Of a stretch of DNA of 43,898 nt, positions 10,106 through 17,535 are shown piece after piece (the stretch's first letter is position 1; each line of letters starts with the position of its first letter). The notes under the pieces were generated by a model. It saw nothing but the letters and a program-made list of their open reading frames with translations. It did not search any database and was not told where the DNA came from. The translations under genes were made by a program, and so were the position numbers. The stretch is from Deltaproteobacteria bacterium. GTDB lineage: Bacteria; Myxococcota_A; UBA9160; UBA4427. The stretch is taken from NCBI GenBank assembly GCA_031400655.1, contig JANNQH010000088.1:1-43898 (forward strand). Direction: 5' to 3'.

Positions 10106-12216
10106 CACCCCTCCTCCCGTCGCGTGGCGAAGCGCAGCTGGATCCGGCGGTCGTTGCCGTGGATTACGGTGCCTGCGACGGGAAGCTGGGACACCACGTG
10201 GCCTTCGATCGCTCCGAGGATCGAGATGTCGAGGGATTCGCTCTCGGCCACGCGCTGGGCAAGGGCCATCGTCTGGCCGAGGAAATCCGGGACCATGACG
10301 GGCTCGCGTGTGGCGAACGGATGGACCTGCGCCAGGGCGATGGAAGGGCTGGGTCCCGCCGCCAATTTGGCGGCGGGACGGGCCGGGGGGGCCGCGATCA
10401 CCGCACGAGGCGGCAAATCGGAGGATCCATTTTCGTCCGCCGCGGGCGGAAGATCGTCGGCGGGGTCATGGGTCGCGATGAGGGTCGGCGGCGGCGGCGG
10501 GGCAATCGGCTGCGGCTCGGTGATGATGCCGCGGCGCGCGAGCTGGGCGGCGGCGACGCGGGCGAAGAGCGGGGCAGCGACCATGCCACCGGTGTGGATG
10601 AAACCTCTCGGCTCGTCGATGGCCACCACGATCGCGAGCTCCGGATCGTCGGCGGGGACGATGCCGATGAACCAGGCGATGTAGCGATCCCGCGAATATT
10701 GTTTGAGCTTGACGTCGAGCTTCTGCGCCGTGCCGGTCTTGCCCGCGACGGCGACGCCCGCCAGTCCGGCGAGGCGGCCGGTCCCGGTGGAGCTGACCAC
10801 GGTCTGCATCATGTCGAGGGTCTTACGCGCGGATTCGGGAGAGACCGCCCGGCCGGCTGATTGCGGCTCGGTCTGCTGCCATTCCCCGCCGCGCCGATTT
10901 CCGCCGTTCTTGCGGCGCGCGAGGACGATCCGCGGCTTCATGCGAACCCCGTCGTTGGCGAGGGCTGCGAGGGCCGACGCCAGCTGGATCGGTGTCACCG
11001 ACAGGCCCTGTCCGAACGCGATCGTCGCCTGGTCGACGGGCCGCCAGCGTTGCCACGCCCGCAGCAGCCCGGCCGCCTCCGTCGGAAAACCCGAGCCCGA
11101 TTGTTTGCCGAAGCCGAAGCGAGCAAGTCCGCGGTGCTGCGCCTCGGGGCCCATGCGCTGGGCGACCTGCACCGCGCCGACGTTGCTCGAGACACGCAGG
11201 ATGTCGGCGGGGGTCAGGACGCCGAAGGGATCCCGGTCCTCGATCAGCTTGCCCGGCACCTTGATCGATCCTTCCCCGGTGTCGATCAGGAGCGTCTCGT
11301 CGATGTCGCCGTTGTCGAGGGCGGAGGCGGTGAGGAAGACCTTCATGGTCGAGCCGGCTTCGACGACGTCGCTGAAGGTGCGGGCGCGGGTGTCCGCGTA
11401 GTCGAGCTCGCGGAAGCGGTTCGGGTCGAAGCCGGGCGCTTCGGCGAGGGCGAGGATGTCGCCGGTCTTCGGGTCGAGCGTCAGCACGAACCCGCCCTTC
11501 GCCTTGCGCTCGGCGATCGTGTCGGCGAGGGCGGCTTCGGCAGCGCCCTGCATCGCGGCGTCGAGGGTGAGGGCGATTTCGCCGCCCTCGACCGTGCGCG
11601 GATCCTCGGCGTGGAGGGCGAGACTGCGGCCGTGGGCGTCGCGCTCGACCAGGATCGTCCGCGACTGACCGGTGAGCCATTCGTCTTCGATCTGCTCGAC
11701 GCCGCGCACGCCCTTGCCATCGATGTTCGCGAAGCCGATCAGCGGGGCGGCGAGCTTGCCCGCCGGGTAGCTGCGGCGAGGCTCGGGATCGATGCCGATC
11801 GCTTCGAGCTCGAGGTCGCGCAGCGCCTCGGCCTTGTCGGGGTCGACCCAGCGCGCGAGATAGGTGAAGTCCTCGTGCTCGCGGAGACGTTTCTCGACCT
11901 TCGCGGGATCCAGGCCGAGGGTTTTCGCGACGGCGCGCGCGGTCGCGGGCCGGTCCTTCATCAACTTCGGAATGGCGTAGACCGAGGCCGAACGGACCGT
12001 GAGCGCGAGCTCGCGGCCTTCGCGATCGACGATGGCACCGCGGGACGGGGAGAGCCGCTGCGCACCCTGGATCTGGTCGTCGAAGATGATCACGGCGCGG
12101 TCGTGGAAGACGGTCAGGTAAGCCGCTCGTCCCGTCAGCACTACGCACGCAGCAAGGCCCACGAGCCGCAGCCAGGCGATCCGGCGATAGGCCTTGTCGA
12201 GTACTTGCCCCCTCAT
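10105..12216 (-). CDS. ftsI: Division-specific class B penicillin-binding protein (FtsI-type transpeptidase) with a C-terminal PASTA-like domain
   Basis: N-terminal TM anchor (WLRLVGLAACVVL) and transpeptidase motifs STMK, SSN and KTGT. A Pro/Ala-rich linker is followed by a PASTA-like C-terminus (VPDFLGQT...VVSQLPVAGTVI). ATG 12216 overlaps the ftsL stop (TAATG); the GTG at 12225 is an alternative start. Confidence 0.9.
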   Translation of the reverse strand: MRGQVLDKAYRRIAWLRLVGLAACVVLTGRAAYLTVFHDRAVIIFDDQIQGAQRLSPSRGAIVDREGRELALTVRSASVYAIPKLMKDRPATARAVAKTLGLDPAKVEKRLREHEDFTYLARWVDPDKAEALRDLELEAIGIDPEPRRSYPAGKLAAPLIGFANIDGKGVRGVEQIEDEWLTGQSRTILVERDAHGRSLALHAEDPRTVEGGEIALTLDAAMQGAAEAALADTIAERKAKGGFVLTLDPKTGDILALAEAPGFDPNRFRELDYADTRARTFSDVVEAGSTMKVFLTASALDNGDIDETLLIDTGEGSIKVPGKLIEDRDPFGVLTPADILRVSSNVGAVQVAQRMGPEAQHRGLARFGFGKQSGSGFPTEAAGLLRAWQRWRPVDQATIAFGQGLSVTPIQLASALAALANDGVRMKPRIVLARRKNGGNRRGGEWQQTEPQSAGRAVSPESARKTLDMMQTVVSSTGTGRLAGLAGVAVAGKTGTAQKLDVKLKQYSRDRYIAWFIGIVPADDPELAIVVAIDEPRGFIHTGGMVAAPLFARVAAAQLARRGIITEPQPIAPPPPPTLIATHDPADDLPPAADENGSSDLPPRAVIAAPPARPAAKLAAGPSPSIALAQVHPFATREPVMVPDFLGQTMALAQRVAESESLDISILGAIEGHVVSQLPVAGTVIHGNDRRIQLRFATRREEG

Positions 12217-12713
12217 TATTGCCACTCGCTCCCGGATCCCTGCGAGTTGGCGGCGGATCCGGCAGAGACCGCGGCGACCGAGGGCGTCGATGTCACCGGC
12301 TGGCGAGCGACGGCCGACTCGAGCGTGCCGAGCGCCGGATCCGGCAGCGAGACGACGTGGGCCGGCGGCCGGAAGCCTCGCTCGCGCGCCTTGACGGCGA
12401 GCTCGACCGGGTCCCGCAGCTGGCGTCGCCGTACGATCAGCTGGCGTTGCTCCCCGATCAGCTCGTTCTCTCGCTCCATCGCCGCCGCGACCGCATAACG
12501 CGTGCGCAGCAGATCGATCCGCACGGCGGCCACGCCGAGCGCGACGATCACGGCGAGGCCGAGCAGCGGATACAGGCCGCGAGGCGCCCGGCGGACGGGC
12601 CCGTTCGACACGTCGATCCCGATCCAGGCCTGCTTTCCCCGGCCGAAATCGAAGCCGTTCCCCCGATCCCCAGGCGAGCGCCCTCCCGGATAGCCGAAGC
12701 TCGATGAACTCAT
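12216..12713 (-). CDS. ftsL: FtsL-like cell division protein (single TM plus coiled-coil)
   Basis: ATG 12713 overlaps the rsmH stop (ATGA). 165 aa with one TM segment (LYPLLGLAVIVALGVAAV) followed by a heptad-like region (RTRYAVAAAMERENELIGEQRQL). Its position between rsmH and ftsI is canonical; the sequence itself is poorly conserved. Confidence 0.7.
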   Translation of the reverse strand: MSSSSFGYPGGRSPGDRGNGFDFGRGKQAWIGIDVSNGPVRRAPRGLYPLLGLAVIVALGVAAVRIDLLRTRYAVAAAMERENELIGEQRQLIVRRRQLRDPVELAVKARERGFRPPAHVVSLPDPALGTLESAVARQPVTSTPSVAAVSAGSAANSQGSGSEWQ

Positions 12714-13663
12714 GCGGCCTCCAATCGAATGGCGGCCCGCAGCCTCGCCGAGCGCGCCCGGGGATTGGTCTCGATCTCGCACGCCCCGGGCTCGATTGCG
12801 CGCCGCGTTGCCAGCTCGACGGACGGCTTGCGTCCGCAGCGGCAGACCGGGAAAAACGACGGACAGACGCAGCCCCGGGCCGCGCCGCGGAAGGCCTGCT
12901 TCACGATCCGGTCTTCCAGGCTGTGATAGGTGAGGACGACGAGGCGCCCGCCGGGTCGCAGGACCTGGATCGCCGCCGCGAGACCTTCTTCGAGGGCCGT
13001 GAGCTCGTCGTTGACCGCGATGCGCAGGGCCTGGAAGACGAGGGTCGCCGGGTTGTGATGACGCCCGCGTCCGATGCCGAGGCCCTGGATCAGATCGATC
13101 AGATCCTGGGCAGTCGCGAGCGGAATCAGTCGGCGCCGCTCCACGATGGCGCGTGCCAGACGCCTGGCGCCGGGGAGCTGGCCGTATTCCGAGAAGACGC
13201 GCTCGAGATCACCCGCGGAGAGCGTCGCGAGCAGCGTCGCCGCCGTCGCACCGGACTGCTCGCGATCCATCCGCATGTCGAGCGGGCTCGCGGGGCCGGG
13301 GCTGAAGCGGAAGCCGCGCTCGGGGCGGTCGAGCTGATGCGAGGAGACGCCGAGGTCGAGCAGCACGCCGTCGATCGCGATCGGCTGCAGGTCGCGGGCG
13401 ACGTCTTCGAGCTGGCGGAACGAAGCGTTGACCAGGCGGACGCGATCGCCGAACTGTGCCAGTCGCTCACCCGCTTCGCGGATCGCGTCGGGATCCACGT
13501 CGAGGCCGATCAGGAGGCCGTCGGGTGCGGTGCGTTCGAGGATCGCCTGCGCATGACCACCGCCGCCGAGTGTCCCGTCGACGATCACGGCGCCGGGTTT
13601 CAAGTCGAGCTGTGCGAGTGATTCTTCGAGAAGGACGGGGACGTGGTAGGAAGTGGTCGCCAC
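12710..13663 (-). CDS. rsmH: 16S rRNA (cytosine1402-N4)-methyltransferase RsmH (MraW)
   Basis: GTG start preceded by GGGAGG. N-terminus HVPVLLEESL and SAM-binding DGTLGGGGHA. dcw context. Confidence 0.95.
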   Translation of the reverse strand: MATTSYHVPVLLEESLAQLDLKPGAVIVDGTLGGGGHAQAILERTAPDGLLIGLDVDPDAIREAGERLAQFGDRVRLVNASFRQLEDVARDLQPIAIDGVLLDLGVSSHQLDRPERGFRFSPGPASPLDMRMDREQSGATAATLLATLSAGDLERVFSEYGQLPGARRLARAIVERRRLIPLATAQDLIDLIQGLGIGRGRHHNPATLVFQALRIAVNDELTALEEGLAAAIQVLRPGGRLVVLTYHSLEDRIVKQAFRGAARGCVCPSFFPVCRCGRKPSVELATRRAIEPGACEIETNPRARSARLRAAIRLEAA

Positions 13664-13862
13664 GCTGGGCGCCTCCCGTCGATCAGACCGCTAGGTCTCC
13701 CTGGAATGGGTCTCGCCGGTTGGATTGCTTGCATTCGAATTGGCCGTCGAGAAAGACTTCGAGGAAGACATTGGGGCGTCCCGGGGCACGTATCTTCGGC
13801 ACGTACCCCCCAGTAACCGCGCCGGAGACCCTTTGTGCCCCGGGAACACCCCAACCTCTCTT

Positions 13863-13884
13863 CTGGAGAGCTCGCGCTCTCCAG
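13863..13884 (-). other. Stem-loop 15 nt downstream of the mraZ stop (9-bp stem, 4-nt loop), with no U-tract
   Basis: ctggagagc-tcgc-gctctccag is self-complementary. It lies in the 235-nt mraZ-rsmH spacer. Confidence 0.35.
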
Positions 13885-13898
13885 TCCCCCCTATCAAC

Positions 13899-14348
13899 TC
13901 AACGCGTCGAACGGTGGACCTGGTCCACCGATCGCTGAATGCTGTCCAGGTTCACGATCGTCGCGGCCTGGTTCTCTTCGAATCGCGACGGGCTCCAGAT
14001 CTCGACTCGATCGAGCACACCCGCGAGGATCACCTTGTTGTCGAGACCCGCGTGGTCCCGCATGAAGCCCGGCACCAGGATCCGGCCTTGCGGATCGACC
14101 GGACAGGGTTGGGAGCCGGCGGAGAAGAAGCGGCGCAGGCGCTGGGCGTCGGGATCGAACTCCGGAAGGTCGCGGAGGCGTCGTTCCGTCGAGGCCCACT
14201 CCGGGGCGGGGAACAGGGCGATGTGATCTTTCTGGATGACCAACATCGGTGGATTCTCGCCTCCGCCTTCCAACTCGCCCCGAAACACCCGCGGAATGCT
14301 CAGTCGGCCCTTGCCGTCGATCGTGTGGTCGTAGCGTCCCCGAAACAT
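13899..14348 (-). CDS. mraZ: Transcriptional regulator MraZ
   Basis: 149 aa starting MFRGRYDHTIDGKGRLSIP, with a second repeat DPQGRILVP (duplicated SpoVT-AbrB/MraZ fold). It is the first gene of the dcw cluster. Confidence 0.95.
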   Translation of the reverse strand: MFRGRYDHTIDGKGRLSIPRVFRGELEGGGENPPMLVIQKDHIALFPAPEWASTERRLRDLPEFDPDAQRLRRFFSAGSQPCPVDPQGRILVPGFMRDHAGLDNKVILAGVLDRVEIWSPSRFEENQAATIVNLDSIQRSVDQVHRSTR

Positions 14349-14434
14349 CGTTCTGCCAACGCCTCGTCCGCCGTCCCGATCCGCCTCTCAGCCCCTCGTG
14401 TATCGTCCCATCGAGAGCTTGATCAGGCCTCAGA

Positions 14435-14481
14435 TCCCACTATTTCCCACGTGACTTGGTTTCTATCCCACTTTCTCCCAC
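14435..14481 (-). promoter_or_regulatory. Putative MraZ operator: four GTGGGA direct repeats (minus strand) in a 2+2 arrangement
   Basis: Plus-strand tcccac at 14435-40, 14445-50, 14466-71 and 14476-81. Spacing is 10 bp within pairs and 21 bp between pairs, 87 nt upstream of the mraZ ATG. This matches the known MraZ preference for phased (G)TGGG direct repeats. A weak sigma70-like TTGCGC-18 nt-TAGAAA overlaps the distal pair. Confidence 0.6.
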
Positions 14482-14633
14482 CTGCGCAAGCAAATTCTGC
14501 GCGGGGCGCCGTTTTTTTCGGGAAACCGGGGCGACGGCCGGGCGCAGCTCGCGATGGCTGTGGCAACCCGCGGAAATCGGGCGGCGAAAGCGAGACGAAT
14601 ATTAGGCGAAATCATCACGAAATAAGGAGGCGG

Positions 14634-14651
14634 CCGCGCGCCCTCGCGCGG
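14634..14651 (-). terminator. Possible intrinsic terminator after the deacetylase gene
   Basis: On the minus strand CCGCGCG-AGGG-CGCGCGG (7-bp GC stem) starts 6 nt after the stop at 14657. It is followed by the T-rich CCTCCTTATTTCGTGATGATTTCG. The U-tract is weak. Confidence 0.3.
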
Positions 14652-14656
14652 GTCGC

Positions 14657-15712
14657 TCAGGCGGCGCCGAGGCCGGGGATGCGCCCGCCGTGGACGCCGA
14701 CGGCGCGCTCGACGAGGGTGCGAAGGACCGAGCCCGGCTCGAGACTCGACCCCGCCGAGGCTTCGCTCGCGCTTTCCGCGACCAGACTCTCGAGCACGGC
14801 GCCCGTCCCCTCGCGCACACCTAACAACGAATAGCCACCTTCGAGGACGTACACGATGCGCCCGTGGCAGAGCGAGTCCGCGAGGGCGCGAAGCCGCATC
14901 GCCATCGCGTGATAGCCATCCCGACTCAATTCCATCGACGCGAGCGGATCGTCGCGGTGAGCGTCGAATCCGCACGACACGAGGATCAGGTCGGGGCGGA
15001 AGGCGATCGCGGCAGGCGTGATGATCCGCTCGACGACGCCGATGTATTCCGCATCGCCACAGCCGGCGGGCATCGGCACGTTGAGCGTCGCGCCGAGGCC
15101 GCGGCCAACGCCGGCTTCGCGATGATTGCCGGTGCCCGGATAGAACGGAAACTGGTGTGTCGAGACGTAGAGCACGTTCGGATCGTCTTCGAAGCTGTGT
15201 TGCGTGCCGTTTCCGTGATGGACGTCCCAATCGAAGATCAGGATACGCGGCTCCCCCAGCTCCTGCTGAGCCACGCGCGCGGCGATCGCGACATTATTCA
15301 GCAGACAGAATCCCATCGCGCGATTCGCCTCGGCATGATGGCCCGGCGGGCGTACCGCGGCGAATCCGCGCGGAACCTCGTCGCGCAGTGCGTCGCGCAC
15401 GAGATCGATGCTCGCGCCGGCGGCGAGACAGGCGACGTCGAAGCTCTCGGCGACGTGATAGGTGTCCGCATCGAGCTGGCCATCGGCCGCACCGCGCGTC
15501 GCGGCGAGGGCCTTCAACATGCGCTCGTCGTGGATCTGGCGCAGCTCGTCGAAGGTCGCGGCGCGGGGGGCCACGCGCTCGATCCGATCGGAGTAGTCGG
15601 CGAGTGCCAGGTCGACGGCGTGGAGACGTTCGGGGCGCTCGGGATGGCCGGCAGGAGCACGGTGAGCGAGGAAGTGGGGATCGCCGACGGCCTGGACGGA
15701 GGCGCGCGACAC
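14657..15712 (-). CDS. Histone deacetylase-family (class II HDAC/AcuC/acetylpolyamine amidohydrolase-like) deacetylase
   Basis: Motifs RPPGHHAEANRAMGFCLLNNVAIAA and DWDVHHGNGTQ. I prefer the GTG at 15712, 11 nt after the phaR-like stop (VSRASVQAVGDPHFLAHRAPAGHPERPERL). The track ATG at 15832 would overlap the upstream gene by 109 nt. Confidence 0.85.
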   Translation of the reverse strand: MSRASVQAVGDPHFLAHRAPAGHPERPERLHAVDLALADYSDRIERVAPRAATFDELRQIHDERMLKALAATRGAADGQLDADTYHVAESFDVACLAAGASIDLVRDALRDEVPRGFAAVRPPGHHAEANRAMGFCLLNNVAIAARVAQQELGEPRILIFDWDVHHGNGTQHSFEDDPNVLYVSTHQFPFYPGTGNHREAGVGRGLGATLNVPMPAGCGDAEYIGVVERIITPAAIAFRPDLILVSCGFDAHRDDPLASMELSRDGYHAMAMRLRALADSLCHGRIVYVLEGGYSLLGVREGTGAVLESLVAESASEASAGSSLEPGSVLRTLVERAVGVHGGRIPGLGAA

Positions 15713-15723
15713 GTGGGGCTGCC

Positions 15724-16320
15724 TCAGGACCGGGTTCGCGGCTGCGCGAGGGTCTCTTCGAGGCGCTCGAGCGCGCCGGCGACGCGCTCGAGATTTCGGT
15801 TCAAGCGATCGAGCTCCGCTCGCGACGGCCACTCGTTCGTTCGGAAGTCCGGGCGACTCCCGGCGCGCGGATCCATAGCGGGCGAAGCGGGCTCCTGCTG
15901 GGGTTCCTCGCGGCCACGCAGGTCCCAGGCGAAGCCGCGACCGCGGGCCATCGCCGTGTCACCGCCTCTGTCCCCACCTCTGTCCCCTCGATGGACGAGC
16001 TGGCGAAAGCGCTCCTGGAATTCGCCGAGGCCGTCGCTCGCCTCGTCGACGCTCTTGCGAATGGCGGAGTAGACCGCATCGCCACCGCGCGAGAGGATCT
16101 GGGTGAGCAGCGTGTCGGACGGCACTTCGCGGGCGCGCTTGTTGTCGACCAGGATCTGGGAGAGGGCCACCTGCGTGATGTCCTCGCCCGTCTCGTTGTC
16201 GACGACGCGCACCTCCTCGCCGCGGTCGAGTAGCTCGCCCACGCCCTTCAAGGTGATGTAGCGGCTGGTCTCGGTGTTGTAGAGCTTGCGATTCGCATAG
16301 CGTTTGATCAGGATGGCCAC
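15724..16320 (-). CDS. PhaR-like protein (PHB/PHA accumulation regulator N-terminal DNA-binding domain)
   Basis: N-terminus MAILIKRYANRKLYNTETSRYITLKGVGELL is the conserved PHA-regulator DNA-binding domain. The central region is low-complexity (GDRGGDRGGD) and the C-terminus is coiled-coil-like. Confidence 0.8.
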   Translation of the reverse strand: MAILIKRYANRKLYNTETSRYITLKGVGELLDRGEEVRVVDNETGEDITQVALSQILVDNKRAREVPSDTLLTQILSRGGDAVYSAIRKSVDEASDGLGEFQERFRQLVHRGDRGGDRGGDTAMARGRGFAWDLRGREEPQQEPASPAMDPRAGSRPDFRTNEWPSRAELDRLNRNLERVAGALERLEETLAQPRTRS

Positions 16321-16329
16321 CGGGCGAGT

Positions 16330-17535
16330 CTAGCGCCGCGACTCGCCGCCCGTCAGCTGGCTCGCGAGCTCGAGCAATCCTTCCAGTCGATCGAGGGGGG
16401 CCGATTGCTCCGCGACCCGCGCGCAGCCGATGCCGCTCGCGCGGGCTGCGTCCGCGAGCGCAGCGAATCGCTTTTCTTCGAGCAGACACGTTCGCGCGTG
16501 CTCGAGGATCGCGGCGGCGATCTCCTGCTCCGGGTGCACCGCAGCCTTCGCGTTCGGGTCCGGCTCGAGCGCGTCGGAGAGGATTCGCAGATCCGCGGCG
16601 AGTGCCTCCCCCTGGCAGCGTTCGAGCAGGTCCGCCGGCGACACGCGAACGGACCACGGCTGCATCCGGTTCACGATCAGCGAGACGAGCTGCGCCCCGA
16701 GCCCTCCGAAGCTGGCCACGATTTCCTGCGTGCTGCGCTCGGACCCGGCGAGGGCGCGGCACACGAGCACGAATCTCGTCTCGTCTCCAAATAACACGGC
16801 CTGGATGCGTCGGGCCCGATCCGAGAGGTCGGAAGACAGGCCATCGAGGGCACGCAGGAGCTCCGTCAGGTCCTCGAGGAAGCCGAGGCCCGCGATGCGT
16901 TCGAGCAGTCCGAGGGCGCGATGCAGCGGGCGCGCGAAGAGCCGCAGCGAGAGGCGGCTTGCCGACATCGCGGGCCGGACCAGGGCATGGAAGAAGCGGC
17001 TGTCGAGAAACGCTTGCAGGCGTGCGGGCGCGCGCAGGAAGTCGAGAGCGTGCTCGGCGGGCGGGGTGTCGACGACGATCAGGTCGTAGCGCAGCGTTTC
17101 GACGAGGGCCTGGACCTCGGCCATCGCGGCGTATTCGCTGCTGCCGGCGAGAGCCTGCGAGAGATGGCGGTAGATCCGGTTCTCGAGGATGCGCCGGCGG
17201 GCGGCCGGATCGGGCGTGAGGCGGTGGACCAGCTGATCGAAGGCTTGACGGGTCGAGAGCATCATGACTTCGAGAAAGGGATCCGGGGCGCCGGGCGTGC
17301 GCGCGGACCGGCAGGCGAGCGGGATGCGCGCCGGCTCATTGCCGAGGGTTTCGAGGCCGAAGGCGTTGGCGAGGCGGCGGGCGGGATCGATCGTGAGGAC
17401 GAGGGTGCGGCGACCGCTCCTCGCGGCTTCGACGGCGAGGGCGGCGGCGATCGTCGTCTTGCCGACGCCGCCGGTGCCGGCGCAGACGATCACGCGCGCT
17501 TCGTCGAGGGCGTTCCGGATCGGGTCCGTCGTCAC
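16330..17535 (-). CDS. ArsA/Get3-like P-loop ATPase, divergent copy
   Basis: GTG 17535 overlaps the upstream stop (GTGA). Walker A is CAGTGGVGKTT. The ArsA signature is degenerate (VVDTPPAEHALDFL instead of DxAPTGH). Confidence 0.85.
   Translation of the reverse strand: MTTDPIRNALDEARVIVCAGTGGVGKTTIAAALAVEAARSGRRTLVLTIDPARRLANAFGLETLGNEPARIPLACRSARTPGAPDPFLEVMMLSTRQAFDQLVHRLTPDPAARRRILENRIYRHLSQALAGSSEYAAMAEVQALVETLRYDLIVVDTPPAEHALDFLRAPARLQAFLDSRFFHALVRPAMSASRLSLRLFARPLHRALGLLERIAGLGFLEDLTELLRALDGLSSDLSDRARRIQAVLFGDETRFVLVCRALAGSERSTQEIVASFGGLGAQLVSLIVNRMQPWSVRVSPADLLERCQGEALAADLRILSDALEPDPNAKAAVHPEQEIAAAILEHARTCLLEEKRFAALADAARASGIGCARVAEQSAPLDRLEGLLELASQLTGGESRR

Noticed and set aside
895-12498. 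Numerous plus-strand ORFs of 200-560 aa across the dcw region (for example 895..2340, 6178..7530, 7284..8630, 10861..12498)
   Set aside because: All are antisense to conserved dcw genes, with biased Arg/Gly/Asp/Ala composition and no domain signatures.
13691-13897. 68-aa minus-strand ORF (and an internal 26-codon ATG ORF, MSSSKSFSTANSNASNPTGETHSRET) in the mraZ-rsmH spacer
   Set aside because: It has no Shine-Dalgarno and atypical codon usage (low third-position GC) for this genome. The region is better explained as structured non-coding RNA or DNA.
14621-14631. Strong plus-strand AAGGAGG between the deacetylase gene and the mraZ promoter region
   Set aside because: No ATG, GTG or TTG follows at a suitable distance to open a credible plus-strand gene. 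The only plus-strand ORF here (13725..14834) is antisense to mraZ and the deacetylase gene.
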